A stretch of 64,000 nt of DNA, from NCBI GenBank assembly GCA_963751455.1, contig CAVVUN010000006.1, positions 32,001-96,000 of the forward strand, given 5' to 3'. Positions 1-9,300 of the stretch are shown here, one piece after another. A model generated the notes under the pieces. The model was not told where the DNA came from. It saw only the letters and a list, made by a program, of their open reading frames with translations, and did not search any database. Position 1 is the first letter of the stretch, and the number at the start of each line of letters is the position of its first letter. Made by a program: the position numbers and the translations under genes. Origin of the DNA: Nitrospirota bacterium. GTDB taxonomy: Bacteria > Nitrospirota > UBA9217.

Positions 1-440
1 TGTTCGGCGTCATAGATGACCTCGTCCATATGCTTTTTCAGGAACAATATCGAGTCGCGTATCATTTTGAGATTTTCTTCGAGCGCGACACTCAGCGCCT
101 TGTGCACATGGAGGTCCCATGATTTGCCGAAGATGGCGGCTGCGTACGCCCCGGAGGCAACGAGCGCTTTTAAACTCGGATCTTCCGCGGCTTTCATCTT
201 TGCGCGGCGGGTTGCGCCGAAGGCGACCAGCTTCGCCTTTTTCAGTTTGACCTGCTGCATCTCCTTGAAAAACTGCACGTCTCGCGGGTTCGACCCCGGC
301 CAGCCGCCCTCGATGTAATGCACTCCGAACTGGTCGAGTTTTTTCGCCACGCGCACCATGTCCTCGACCGAGAAGTTTACGTCCTCTGCCTGGGCCCCGT
401 CACGGAGGGTGGTATCGTATAGTTGAACTCTGGATTTCAT
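1..440 (-). CDS. cimA: Citramalate synthase, N-terminal part (runs off left edge)
   Basis: Not in ORF track; manual translation from ATG at 440: MKSRVQLYDTTLRDGAQAEDVNFSVEDMVRVAKKLDQFGVHYIEGGWPGSNPRD, the DTTLRDG/GGWPGSNP motifs of the CimA/LeuA family; follows lysC. Confidence 0.88.
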   Translation of the reverse strand, partial: MKSRVQLYDTTLRDGAQAEDVNFSVEDMVRVAKKLDQFGVHYIEGGWPGSNPRDVQFFKEMQQVKLKKAKLVAFGATRRAKMKAAEDPSLKALVASGAYAAAIFGKSWDLHVHKALSVALEENLKMIRDSILFLKKHMDEVIYDAE

Positions 441-480
441 AATCTGCCTGGCTTTATTCTTGGCTCGTTCGGAATTACTT

Positions 481-612
481 ATTGCGGATTTCGGATTGCG
501 GATTGCGGATTGAAAACCGCTACACGATTCTGATTTCATTCCGCATTCCGCCTGCGCCCAGCGCTTACGAGTGCGGCTGCGCGGAGTGCAGGGCGCAATC
601 TACAATCCGCAA
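481..612. repeat. Intergenic heptamer repeats (ATTGCGG/AATCCGC) with a nested 42-bp hairpin element at 551-592
   Basis: attgcggatttcggattgcggattgcggatt ... ccgcattccg CCTGCGCCCAGCGCTTACGAGTGCGGCTGCGCGGAGTGCAGG ... aatccgcaat; near-identical copy at 4451-4492. Confidence 0.8.
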
Positions 613-1830
613 TTAGGCGGCTTTCTCCAGTTCGAATGTTTCGTGAAGCACCCTGACCGCCAGTTCCGTATACTTTGCGTCTATCACGCAGGAGATTTTT
701 ATCTCCGAGGTGCTGATCATCATGATGTTGATTCCTTCGCTGCCCATCGCGGAGAACATCTTGGCGGCCACACCGGAATGGGAGCGCATGCCTACGCCGA
801 TGATCGACACCTTGGCGATGTCTTCCTTTACATTGACGCTCTTCGCCCCTATTTCGGCAACGACCTTTTTCATCAGTTCGAGAATTTTTTTGGAATCGGT
901 CCTGGCCACGGTAAAAGACATATCCGTAAGACCCGCCTCTCCGATGTTCTGAATGATCATGTCGACGCTGATGGTGTTCGTCGATATTTCGTTGAATATT
1001 CTGGCTGCTACTCCCGGTTTGTCCGGCACACCGGCTACCGTAACCTTCACCTGGTTCTTATCGTATGCCACGCCGGATACAACCACTCTCTCCATGTCGG
1101 AATCCTCCTTGGTCACGAGCGTCCCCGGGTTGTCGTTGAAACTTGAAAGCACCCGCACCGGGACATTATATTTTTTCGCAAACTCGACCGACCGGGTCTG
1201 AAGGACCTTGGCGCCGAGACTCGCCATCTTGAGCATTTCATCGTAGGATATCTTGTCGAGTTTCCTCGCCTGGGGCACCATGTTCGGGTCGGTCGTGTAG
1301 ACCCCGTCCACGTCGGTATAGATATCGCAGAAATCGGCATTAAGCGCAGCCGCGACCGCGACGGCAGTCAGGTCAGAACCGCCGCGGCCCAACGTGGTCA
1401 CGTCGGACTGTTCGTTGATGCCCTGGAAGCCGGCGACCACAGCCACCTTGCCTTCCTTGACCGCGCAACTGATCCGGTCGCCCGTAATTTTTTCGATGCG
1501 CGCTTTCGTATGCACGCTGTCGGAAATGATTCCCGCCTGCCTTCCGGTAAAGGACTGGGCCTTGTACCCCAGCGATTGAATCGCCATTGCAAGCAGAGCT
1601 ATGGTCACGCGTTCCCCGGTCGAGACGAGCATATCCATTTCCCGCGGGTCGGGATTGTCGCTCACCTGGGAAGCCAGGTTAATTAACTTGTCTGTCTCGC
1701 CGCTCATGGCCGAGACTACGACGACGACATCATGACCTTCCTGCCGGGCCCTGCAAACACGCCGGGCCACGTTTTTAATGCGCTCGGGGTTTCCTACCGA
1801 CGTACCGCCGTACTTTTGAACGATCAGCAA
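613..1830 (-). CDS. lysC: Aspartate kinase with two ACT domains
   Basis: [44 protein letters not shown] motifs; TTG start after GGAGG. Confidence 0.97.
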   Translation of the reverse strand: MLIVQKYGGTSVGNPERIKNVARRVCRARQEGHDVVVVVSAMSGETDKLINLASQVSDNPDPREMDMLVSTGERVTIALLAMAIQSLGYKAQSFTGRQAGIISDSVHTKARIEKITGDRISCAVKEGKVAVVAGFQGINEQSDVTTLGRGGSDLTAVAVAAALNADFCDIYTDVDGVYTTDPNMVPQARKLDKISYDEMLKMASLGAKVLQTRSVEFAKKYNVPVRVLSSFNDNPGTLVTKEDSDMERVVVSGVAYDKNQVKVTVAGVPDKPGVAARIFNEISTNTISVDMIIQNIGEAGLTDMSFTVARTDSKKILELMKKVVAEIGAKSVNVKEDIAKVSIIGVGMRSHSGVAAKMFSAMGSEGINIMMISTSEIKISCVIDAKYTELAVRVLHETFELEKAA

Positions 1831-1920
1831 CTTTTTCCTCCGGAAATTGATTTGGCACAGAGCATTGCGAATGGAGCAGCCGGCATTGTCGTCGTCTGAT
1901 CCTGCGCTTTGCGCTCTATT

Positions 1921-3150
1921 TTATTGCACCTTTAAAAAATAATCCATCAGCATATGCCCCTCTTTAAATACCAGGGCATCCTTCCTGTACGCTATGCGCT
2001 CGTCGTAGGTAACCGGATCTCCTTGCCGCTCCTGCCTGGTATCGTAGAGTACGAACGGAACGGGCTCGTTCGAATGGGTCCTGAGCTCGACCGGCGTCGG
2101 ATGGTCGGGAAGCGCAAGTATGCGGTATTCGTCGAATTGCGTCATGCCGTGAATAATATTGCCGACCACTAACTCATCAAAGTCCTCGATCGCCTTTATT
2201 TTGTTTTCAAGGTCCCCTGAATGGCCTGCTTCGTCAGGCGCCTCCACATGCACATACGCGATATCCTTTGTCTTCAGGGCAAACAGCGCGTGCTCCGCTT
2301 TGCCGATATAATTCGTATCCAGCCACCCGGTCGCCCCCGGCACATTAACCACTTCGAATCCGGCATACACGCCGATGCCTTTGGTAAGGTCGACTGCTGA
2401 TATCATTGAACCTTCCAGTCCGTACTTTTCCCTGAACGTCGGCATAACGGGCCTTCGGCCCTGGCCCCAAAGCCAGATGCTGTTTGCGGGCCGCTTGCCC
2501 TTTTCGAGCCTGGCCTTATTGACGGGATGAGCAAGAAGAATTTCGGTTGAAGCTTCCATCAAAGCATTGATGATTTCATCACCGTCCCCGCGGGGCAGGT
2601 AGTCCTGGATGTCCCTGTCGAGAATGTCATGCGGAGGACTGCATTCCATTTTGTCCTTGCCCCGCTTCCATACCATAAGATGACGGTAGCTGACTCCCGG
2701 GTAAAAACGTATCTGATCGGATCCGAGTTTGGCGTCAATCTCCTCGATAAGCAGCCTGGCTTCTTCAGTGCTGATATGGCTGGCGCTGAAATCCTCCATG
2801 ATCGCATTCCGCCCTCGACCGCCGACCGCCTTACCTCCTCTGATGCGGAGCGTCACCAGGTTGCAGCGGTAGGCGATGTCATCAGAAACCAGCTCGACGC
2901 CCATGCTCGCAGCCTCGAGCGGAGACCGGCCGGTATAACAGATTTTGGGATCATACCCCATGACTGAGAGATTTGCGACATCGCTGCCGGGCGGGAACCC
3001 TTCCGGTATCGTATGCACCATTCCGACCTGCCCCAGCGTGGCGAGCCGGTCAAGATTCGGCGTTTTGGCGGCCTGCAGGCATGTCTTGCCTCCGAGCTTC
3101 GCATGCGGCCTGTCCGACATGCCGTCACCGAGTAAAATGATATATTTCAT
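1921..3150 (-). CDS. apgM: Cofactor-independent phosphoglycerate mutase family (ApgM; 'proposed homoserine kinase' subgroup)
   Basis: MKYIILLGDGMSD, PGSDVANLS, HVEAPDEAGH, PDHPTP metal-binding motifs; start reassigned to ATG 3150. Confidence 0.9.
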   Translation of the reverse strand: MKYIILLGDGMSDRPHAKLGGKTCLQAAKTPNLDRLATLGQVGMVHTIPEGFPPGSDVANLSVMGYDPKICYTGRSPLEAASMGVELVSDDIAYRCNLVTLRIRGGKAVGGRGRNAIMEDFSASHISTEEARLLIEEIDAKLGSDQIRFYPGVSYRHLMVWKRGKDKMECSPPHDILDRDIQDYLPRGDGDEIINALMEASTEILLAHPVNKARLEKGKRPANSIWLWGQGRRPVMPTFREKYGLEGSMISAVDLTKGIGVYAGFEVVNVPGATGWLDTNYIGKAEHALFALKTKDIAYVHVEAPDEAGHSGDLENKIKAIEDFDELVVGNIIHGMTQFDEYRILALPDHPTPVELRTHSNEPVPFVLYDTRQERQGDPVTYDERIAYRKDALVFKEGHMLMDYFLKVQ

Positions 3151-3236
3151 AGTGAAATCGAATCCAAAGAACAGAGCCAGGTTGAGAAAAACCCGGATCA
3201 CGAAATCTGCGTTATTTCAATTACGATACGAACTCA

Positions 3237-3479
3237 TTAAGAAGCCTGCTTTTCGTCTTCTACTGCTTCGATCTGCACCCCACGTTCTTTAAGATAGTTA
3301 ATGCCTGCCTCGAGTTTATTTTCCGCCCCCTCAAGTTCGAGCACGACCTCGCCGACGCTTTCAGTGACTTTTGCGCGGCGGATATTCGGCATAACCTCGA
3401 ACTTTTTGGCCATTGTAAAGATCACCGGTTCTTTTATAAGTTCCTGTGGAAAAGTCATCTTGATTCTCTTAATTGCCAT
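3237..3479 (-). CDS. NIL domain protein
   Basis: 80 aa, TFP..LIKEPVI...F.VMPNIRRAKV....GEVVLELEG pattern typical of stand-alone NIL. Confidence 0.8.
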   Translation of the reverse strand: MAIKRIKMTFPQELIKEPVIFTMAKKFEVMPNIRRAKVTESVGEVVLELEGAENKLEAGINYLKERGVQIEAVEDEKQAS

Positions 3480-3582
3480 AGCGCTCCTCCCTGTGTCGAA
3501 TCAGAGATGAACCGGAAACAGAAGAATGGGAGAATGGTAAAGCAAGCTTTCACCGGTTCACGGATTCACCGCGTATTTGCGA

Positions 3583-3858
3583 CTACCTCCCGCCGGCAAT
3601 CGCGGGTACAATGGAAATATTATCGCCGTCCTTCAGCGTTGTCTCTTCCTTGCTTAAAAAACGGATATCCTCTTCGTTCACGTAGATATTGATGAACCGC
3701 CTTATCTTGCCGCCTTCCGACAGCCGCTCCTTCATCCCGGGGAAATCCTTTTCAAGCACTTCCACAAGTTCAGAAATATTCTTCGCGCGGCACTCGACTT
3801 CCGCCTTTCCGCTGGTGATCTTCTGGAGCGGAGTTGGTATTCGTACTTTAATTGCCAT
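3583..3858 (-). CDS. MoaD/ThiS/CysO-like ubiquitin-fold sulfur carrier with C-terminal GG-R
   Basis: [32 protein letters not shown]. Confidence 0.92.
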   Translation of the reverse strand: MAIKVRIPTPLQKITSGKAEVECRAKNISELVEVLEKDFPGMKERLSEGGKIRRFINIYVNEEDIRFLSKEETTLKDGDNISIVPAIAGGR

Positions 3859-3959
3859 TGCTGCTCCTCCTGAATGAGCCCTTTTAAAAGCCGGCTTATT
3901 GATGAAACAACGTCCTTCCTCGAATCCGTTCGATGCCCGGGGCGGAACCGCCGCGTGCC

Positions 3960-4394
3960 TTATTCGGCCTTCAGAACAATTTCGCTCACGTTACCTTCCT
4001 CTATCAGAAATCCTCTTGCCACAGGCTTTAAACGATCCAGGAGAGACACGATTACATATACGGCGTCCGGATAGTTCGGCAACTGCGTACCCGGCCAGTA
4101 TGCGTTATTGACGTCAACCGGCGACGGATAGGCCTGCCCGGAAGGATGCGAGTGGAAGAGACCGATCATCATGAGGCCTGAATCGCGGATTTCTTTCATA
4201 ACCTTGAACTGCTCCTCAGGGTCCATTTCGTAATAGTCGGGGCCCGGTTTCGCATTCTTCATTACGTATACTTTTTCGACGGAGCCGTCTTTGCCCGCGA
4301 GCATGCCGCACGCCTCGTTCGGGAACCCTGCGAGGCAGTGCTCGTACATTTTCTGAAGGTCGTATTTTTTAATATGTAACATGGGAGGTACCAT
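3960..4394 (-). CDS. JAB/MPN (M67, Mec-like) metalloprotease
   Basis: PNEACGML and [14 protein letters not shown] (HxHx7Sx2D JAMM motif). Confidence 0.92.
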   Translation of the reverse strand: MVPPMLHIKKYDLQKMYEHCLAGFPNEACGMLAGKDGSVEKVYVMKNAKPGPDYYEMDPEEQFKVMKEIRDSGLMMIGLFHSHPSGQAYPSPVDVNNAYWPGTQLPNYPDAVYVIVSLLDRLKPVARGFLIEEGNVSEIVLKAE

Positions 4395-4429
4395 ATTGTT
4401 AAGGAAGCGCTGCGTCCCCTCTTATTCGT

Positions 4430-4508
4430 CAATCCGAAATCCGCAATCCGCCTGCGCCCAGCGCTTACGAGTGCAGCTTGCGCGAGTGCAGGGTGAAATC
4501 CGCAATTT
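4430..4508. repeat. Second copy of heptamer repeat plus 42-bp hairpin element (4451-4492)
   Basis: aatccgaaatccgcaatccg CCTGCGCCCAGCGCTTACGAGTGCAGCTTGCGCGAGTGCAGG gtgaaatccgcaat. Confidence 0.8.
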
Positions 4509-5312
4509 TTAATGGCTCATCGAGCAGAACTGCTCGTAATCGATCAGTTCCGTGATTGTCGGATGTTCTCCGCAGACGGGGCACTCCTTGTTGTGCGGCA
4601 CTTTTACGATCCGGAAATTCATGTCCAGCGCGTTCCATAACAGAAGCCTGCCCTTCAGCGGGTCACCGATGTCGAGGATCGCCTTGATCACTTCTGTGGC
4701 CTGCAGCGTGCCGATGACCCCGGTCACGACTCCCAGTATGCCGGCCTCCTGGCAGGACGGCACCATCCCGGCCGGCGGCGGCACCTCGAAGAGACAACGA
4801 TAACACGGCCCCTTGCCCGGATAGATGCTGATAACCTGACCTTCGAACCTGAAAACAGCCGCGCTTATCAGGATCTTCCCGAGCATGACGCAGGCGTCGT
4901 TGACCAGATAACGGGTCGGGAAATTATCGCTCCCGTCCACCACAATGTCATAATTGCGGATGATGTCTTTAATGTTAGCGGAGGACAGCCGCTCCTTGTG
5001 GGTAACGACTTTTACGTCGTGATTGAGGGTTTCGTATGTTTCCTTGGCGGAATCGGCCTTCAGCACCCCGAGCCTGCTCGTATTATGCGCTATCTGGCGC
5101 TGCAGGTTAGATATTTCGACGCGGTCATTGTCGATCACGCCGATAGTGCCCACCCCGGCCGCTGCAAGGTAGTATCCGACCGGCGAGCCAAGTCCTCCGG
5201 CGCCCACGAGAGCGACCTTCGCGTTCAGGATTTTCTCCTGCCCCTCGCCGCCCACCTCGGGCAGCAGAATATGCCTGCTGTAGCGCAGAATCTGGTCTTC
5301 GGTAAATTCCAT
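4509..5312 (-). CDS. moeB: MoeB/ThiF family adenylyltransferase (no rhodanese domain)
   Basis: RYSRHILL, VGAGGLGS, SNLQRQ, DNFPTRYLVND, PCYRCLF, CPVCG. Confidence 0.93.
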   Translation of the reverse strand: MEFTEDQILRYSRHILLPEVGGEGQEKILNAKVALVGAGGLGSPVGYYLAAAGVGTIGVIDNDRVEISNLQRQIAHNTSRLGVLKADSAKETYETLNHDVKVVTHKERLSSANIKDIIRNYDIVVDGSDNFPTRYLVNDACVMLGKILISAAVFRFEGQVISIYPGKGPCYRCLFEVPPPAGMVPSCQEAGILGVVTGVIGTLQATEVIKAILDIGDPLKGRLLLWNALDMNFRIVKVPHNKECPVCGEHPTITELIDYEQFCSMSH

Positions 5313-5375
5313 GATTCTCCATTTCGGATTTCAGATTTCGGATTTATTTTCAATCCGCATTCTGCCTTCCGCAAT

Positions 5376-5636
5376 TTATTTCTTCAACTTCTCTCTGTCT
5401 TTTCTCACGTATATATGCCACTCTTTTTCGCCCTGCTGTTCGATCTTCAGGACCTTCTGTCCTTCGTTCTCCATGCTTTTCGGAACGTTCTCCGACGCGG
5501 CCTTGTGGTCGGTTATGATCTGGAGCACTTCGCCGACATTCATCTTTTCTATCGCCAGCTTGGACCGGACGAATGTATAGGGGCATACTTGCCCTTTGAT
5601 ATCGATCGTCTTATCTGCTTTTATTTCAACTGCCAT
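5376..5636 (-). CDS. TusA/SirA family sulfurtransferase
   Basis: IDIKGQVCPYTFV (CPx motif), 86 aa. Confidence 0.88.
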   Translation of the reverse strand: MAVEIKADKTIDIKGQVCPYTFVRSKLAIEKMNVGEVLQIITDHKAASENVPKSMENEGQKVLKIEQQGEKEWHIYVRKDREKLKK

Positions 5637-5708
5637 TGTACCTCTGCATTAAAATTTGAAGCCTGTTATTAATTGATATGTGCTATGTAATTTTGAATTG
5701 TGGGCTTT

Positions 5709-7016
5709 CTACTTTCCTTCTTCGACCCGTATGACGGTCGTTGCGCCCGCTACGCAATCCATCCTGTTTATCTCATCGAGCGCTCTCCGGACGTCGCGCT
5801 CTACCGCGTCGTGCGTCATCATCACAACCGGCACGGCTTCGTCCACCTTCCGTCCCTTTTGAATCATTGATGAGATGCTGATGTTGTTTTTTCCCAGCAC
5901 GCCGGTGATGCGCGACAAAACGCCCGGTTTGTCCAATGCCGAGAACCGCAGATAATAGCAGGATGTTATGTCGTCCATTTTACGGATTGCAAGAGACCTG
6001 CGGTCGCGGAATGCAGCCACGGGCGAGCGGTCCTTTAAGCCTGCAATGATGTCCCTGCCGATCTCAATGATGTCGCTGACGACGGCGCTGCCGGTCGGCA
6101 TGTCGCCGGCGCCCCTGCCGTAAAACATGGTGGAGCCGACCGCGTCGCCCACAACGGAAAGCGCGTTGAAAACCCCGTCGACAGACGCAATCGGATAGCT
6201 CTCGGGCAGCATGGTAGGATGAACACGCGCTTCTATTTCTCCGTCGACCATCTTCGTTATGGCCAGCAGTTTTATCTTATATCCGAGGTCTCGTGCGAAA
6301 TCTATGTCGAGCGGGGTTATCTTCGAAATGCCCTCGGTGTAAATCTCGTTAAACTTGACCGGGGTCCCGAAGGCAAGCATCGTGAGGATTGCCAGTTTAT
6401 GGGCCGAATCGACGCCCTCTATATCGAACGTGGGGTCGGCCTCGGCGTATCCCTTGGCCTGCGCCTCCTTCAGCACCTCGTCGAATTTTCGGCCTTCGTT
6501 CGTCATGAGCGTAAGAATGTAATTACACGTGCCGTTTACGATGCCGTGGATCGACTGAAGATTATTTGCGGCAAGACCGTTCCTGACAGCTGCAAGAATC
6601 GGGATACCTCCGGCCACGGCCGCTTCAAAACCCACGGTTACTCCGGCCTGCTCGGCCGCAGCATAAATTTCCTCGCCGTGCACGGCCAAAAGCGCCTTGT
6701 TCGCCGTCACGACGTGTTTTTTGTTCTTTATCGCCTCGAGAATGAACTCTTTGGCCGGTTTGTATCCGCCTATGAGCTCTACGACGATATCGATGTCAGG
6801 ATCAGCGACAACCCGCTTCACGTCCGTCGTAAGGGCCGTCTCATTCAGTGAAATTCCCCTGTTCCGTTCGATGTCCAGATCCGCTATCGTTTTCAGAAGA
6901 ACCGGCTTCCCGAGTCTTCTTCTGATCGTCTCCGCATTTTCCATTATTATGCGGGCAGTGCCTGTGCCGACCGTGCCGAAGCCGATAAGGCCGACGTTAA
7001 TCGATTTTTTAGGCAA
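5709..7016 (-). CDS. hom: Homoserine dehydrogenase with ACT domain
   Basis: GFGTVGTG, VVTANKAL, FEAAVAGGIP, NGTCNYIL, GYAEADP, DKPGVL. Confidence 0.97.
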   Translation of the reverse strand: MPKKSINVGLIGFGTVGTGTARIIMENAETIRRRLGKPVLLKTIADLDIERNRGISLNETALTTDVKRVVADPDIDIVVELIGGYKPAKEFILEAIKNKKHVVTANKALLAVHGEEIYAAAEQAGVTVGFEAAVAGGIPILAAVRNGLAANNLQSIHGIVNGTCNYILTLMTNEGRKFDEVLKEAQAKGYAEADPTFDIEGVDSAHKLAILTMLAFGTPVKFNEIYTEGISKITPLDIDFARDLGYKIKLLAITKMVDGEIEARVHPTMLPESYPIASVDGVFNALSVVGDAVGSTMFYGRGAGDMPTGSAVVSDIIEIGRDIIAGLKDRSPVAAFRDRRSLAIRKMDDITSCYYLRFSALDKPGVLSRITGVLGKNNISISSMIQKGRKVDEAVPVVMMTHDAVERDVRRALDEINRMDCVAGATTVIRVEEGK

Positions 7017-7154
7017 GTTCCATTCCTCTTTTTATCATGATAGTGACCTAATTTCGGGATGCTTAAGGCGTAATCAGCGAAGGGTTTCCCGCCGCGGCAA
7101 CTTGTTATCTTTCAAAGAATTTGATCTAACCATTCAATTTAAAAAGTAAAATTG

Positions 7155-7183
7155 ATAATAATGCAGTATGACAGTTTTGTCAA
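7155..7183 (-). promoter_or_regulatory. Sigma70-type promoter of hom operon
   Basis: Minus strand TTGACA-N17-TATTAT about 140 nt upstream of hom. Confidence 0.6.
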
Positions 7184-7343
7184 TAAAAAACAGTTGCTGC
7201 GAGCAGCAGCCTAAAGCGGTAGCCGACAAGTGGAGCGTGTTGAAAAAAAACTGCGGCGTCGGAAAAAACCGAATAGTATCTTAAGGATTCACACCTTTTG
7301 CGAAACTTGCTTTATCGCGTATTGTGACTCTGGAATTAAAAAT

Positions 7344-7372
7344 TTGATTTCAGCCCTCTTTTGTGATACTTT
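7344..7372 (+). promoter_or_regulatory. Putative sigma70 promoter of CsgG-like gene
   Basis: TTGATT-N17-TACTTT with TGn extension; same hexamers and spacing recur before argD. Confidence 0.45.
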
Positions 7373-7437
7373 TGTATAATAATTTATTGTGTCTTTTTGT
7401 GCTTAACACTCCCCGAAAAGGAGCAGGAGATCCAGTC

Positions 7438-8784
7438 ATGAAAAAACGGCTTTTGACCATAATACTTTTCGTCGCTTTTGCCGTCGGTTTAGCATCCACT
7501 GCATCGGCCGAGTTTAAAAAGACAAAGATCGCGGTTCTCGATTTTCAGCTGCAGGGAATGAGAAACGACAGCTCGGACATGGGCAAGATCGTTGCGGAAT
7601 GGTTGATTACCGCGCTTGTCAAGGAGGGGCGATTCGATGTGATCGAACGCAGGCTGCTCGAAAAGGTGCTCGAGGAACAAAAAATGGGCGCTTCGGGACT
7701 CGTCGATGAAAGCAGCGCGTCAAAACTGGGCAGGGTCCTGGGCGCCAAAATCGTAATCACGGGGTCCGTGATGCAGTTCCAGAAAGTGATGGAGGTCAAT
7801 GCGCGCATTATCGAAGTGGAAAGCAGTTCGATTATCGCTGCCGAAAATGTCAAGAGCACAAGCGCAGTGAAACTCGAGGACCTCGTGGTACAGATGGCGG
7901 AAAAGATCATCGCGGACTTCCCGCTCGAGGGGTACATTGTCCAGCGCGACGGAAACATGGTTCTCATTGACCTCGGCAAGCGCACGGGCGTCAAGAAGGA
8001 AATGCAGTTCATCGTTTACCGGGAAGGCAAGATCATAAAACATCCCAAAACCGGTGAGGTGCTCGACATTGAAATAATAAAAACAGGTACGGTCGAGATC
8101 AAGAACATCAAGATCAAGACCGCGGATGCCATCATCGTGGAAGAAACCGAGCCGGGGGCCGTCGCAAATGGACAGATGGTCAAAAGCGCCTCCGATGCCG
8201 TTCCTCATAGTGCTGATTCGAGGACAATTGATTCGGTACCCACCTCGGACGACGGGGACCTTGCTTCCCAGATTGCTTCGATCGACGCAATGATTCAAGA
8301 CCTGCGGCGTACCAAGATGAGCGGCAGCAGCGAATGGAAGATTAAATTCAAGAACGTTGATCGCAGCATAGACGTCGTCCAAAAACGCTATAAGAGGGCG
8401 CCCGAAGTCTATCTTTCGAGGGCAAAATCCATGGAGGCCATCGAAAGGCTCGCCCACGCCGAGAAATTCATACAAAAAGCTCTCTCGTTAAGCCACGACT
8501 ATCTCGCCGCGTACGTGCTCAGGGGGGATATATACGTCTGGGACGCCATGAAACCTTCTCCGCAGAACAGCAGAAGAAAAGATGTGAACTCAGCAGTCGA
8601 CGCATATGAATCGGCGATCGATAAGTCCAAAGATAAAGATTTTCAGGCAATGATGTACCTGAAGATAGGAAATGTTTACGCCGAGCTTGGAGAAAACCAG
8701 AAGAAAGCTAAAGAGTCCTGGCAGAAAGCCGTTGATACTGCGCCGGCCAGCGAAGGCGCCCGTCTTTCAAAGTTGAAAATGTGA
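7438..8784 (+). CDS. Exported CsgG/FlgO-like + FlgT C-terminal-like + TPR protein
   Basis: Signal peptide MKKRLLTIILF..ASA; IAVLDF, RFDVIERRLLEKVLEEQ (CsgG); VLIDLGKRTGVKKEMQF..IIKHPKTGEVL (FlgT_C-like); C-terminal helical TPRs. Confidence 0.75.
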   Translation: MKKRLLTIILFVAFAVGLASTASAEFKKTKIAVLDFQLQGMRNDSSDMGKIVAEWLITALVKEGRFDVIERRLLEKVLEEQKMGASGLVDESSASKLGRVLGAKIVITGSVMQFQKVMEVNARIIEVESSSIIAAENVKSTSAVKLEDLVVQMAEKIIADFPLEGYIVQRDGNMVLIDLGKRTGVKKEMQFIVYREGKIIKHPKTGEVLDIEIIKTGTVEIKNIKIKTADAIIVEETEPGAVANGQMVKSASDAVPHSADSRTIDSVPTSDDGDLASQIASIDAMIQDLRRTKMSGSSEWKIKFKNVDRSIDVVQKRYKRAPEVYLSRAKSMEAIERLAHAEKFIQKALSLSHDYLAAYVLRGDIYVWDAMKPSPQNSRRKDVNSAVDAYESAIDKSKDKDFQAMMYLKIGNVYAELGENQKKAKESWQKAVDTAPASEGARLSKLKM

Positions 8785-9132
8785 GAGCCGATCGAGGATG
8801 TGTCGCGTATGCGACCGCAGTAATCATAAGTTGAGGCCGACGCGGCTTTCAGAGAGCCATATTCTTTTCATTTGAATATTTCCTTGCAAATGTCTCTCAG
8901 CACGCAGTGCCGCTTTCGTGCTGCGCTCAATTTCAGCATTTTTAATTCCCCTCATTAATAGTTCCGTTTCCGCAAGCAGCCAGCGCTCCATATCGCTTCC
9001 CGCATTTGATGATATTTCGAATCGCCCCTCGTGCAGCATACAATCAAATCAGGCTTAAATCCGGAATCGCGTTATTGTGAAGAGAAGCGTGTTCTGTAAC
9101 TCCGATTTACTTATCCAAAACGAAGCAGAAGA

Positions 9133-9254
9133 CCACGTGGCGTTAGCCCGTGGTTGAATGCGTCCCTCTTGTTTCCCTCCTCCTTCAGGGGGAGTTAGGA
9201 GGGGGTGCTTCTTTTGAATTCAAGTGCCACGGGCGTAAGCCCGTGGGTATCTAC
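9133..9254. repeat. Non-autonomous REP/IS200-IS605-like remnant: two CCACG(T)GGCGT(T/A)AGCCCGTGG hairpins flanking a CCCTCC...GGAGGG hairpin
   Basis: Palindromes at 9133-9153 and 9227-9246; no transposase between them. Confidence 0.6.
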
Positions 9255-9265
9255 TTACTTTTAGT

Positions 9266-9294
9266 TTGATTTTTCAATATGAGTATGCTACTTT
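9266..9294 (+). promoter_or_regulatory. Putative sigma70 promoter directly before argD ATG
   Basis: TTGATT-N17-TACTTT, TGn extension, -10 ends 6 nt before ATG 9301, no SD. Confidence 0.45.
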
Positions 9295-9300
9295 TGCAAA

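Noticed and set aside
7017-7150. Possible SAM, lysine or T-box riboswitch in the hom leader
   Set aside because: Only a short GGG-AAA-CCC hairpin; no recognisable conserved core or terminator
8824-9039. 71-aa ORF with a DUF2934-like 'D..RWLLAETEL' segment
   Set aside because: No RBS and the N-terminal half of the motif is absent; at most a remnant
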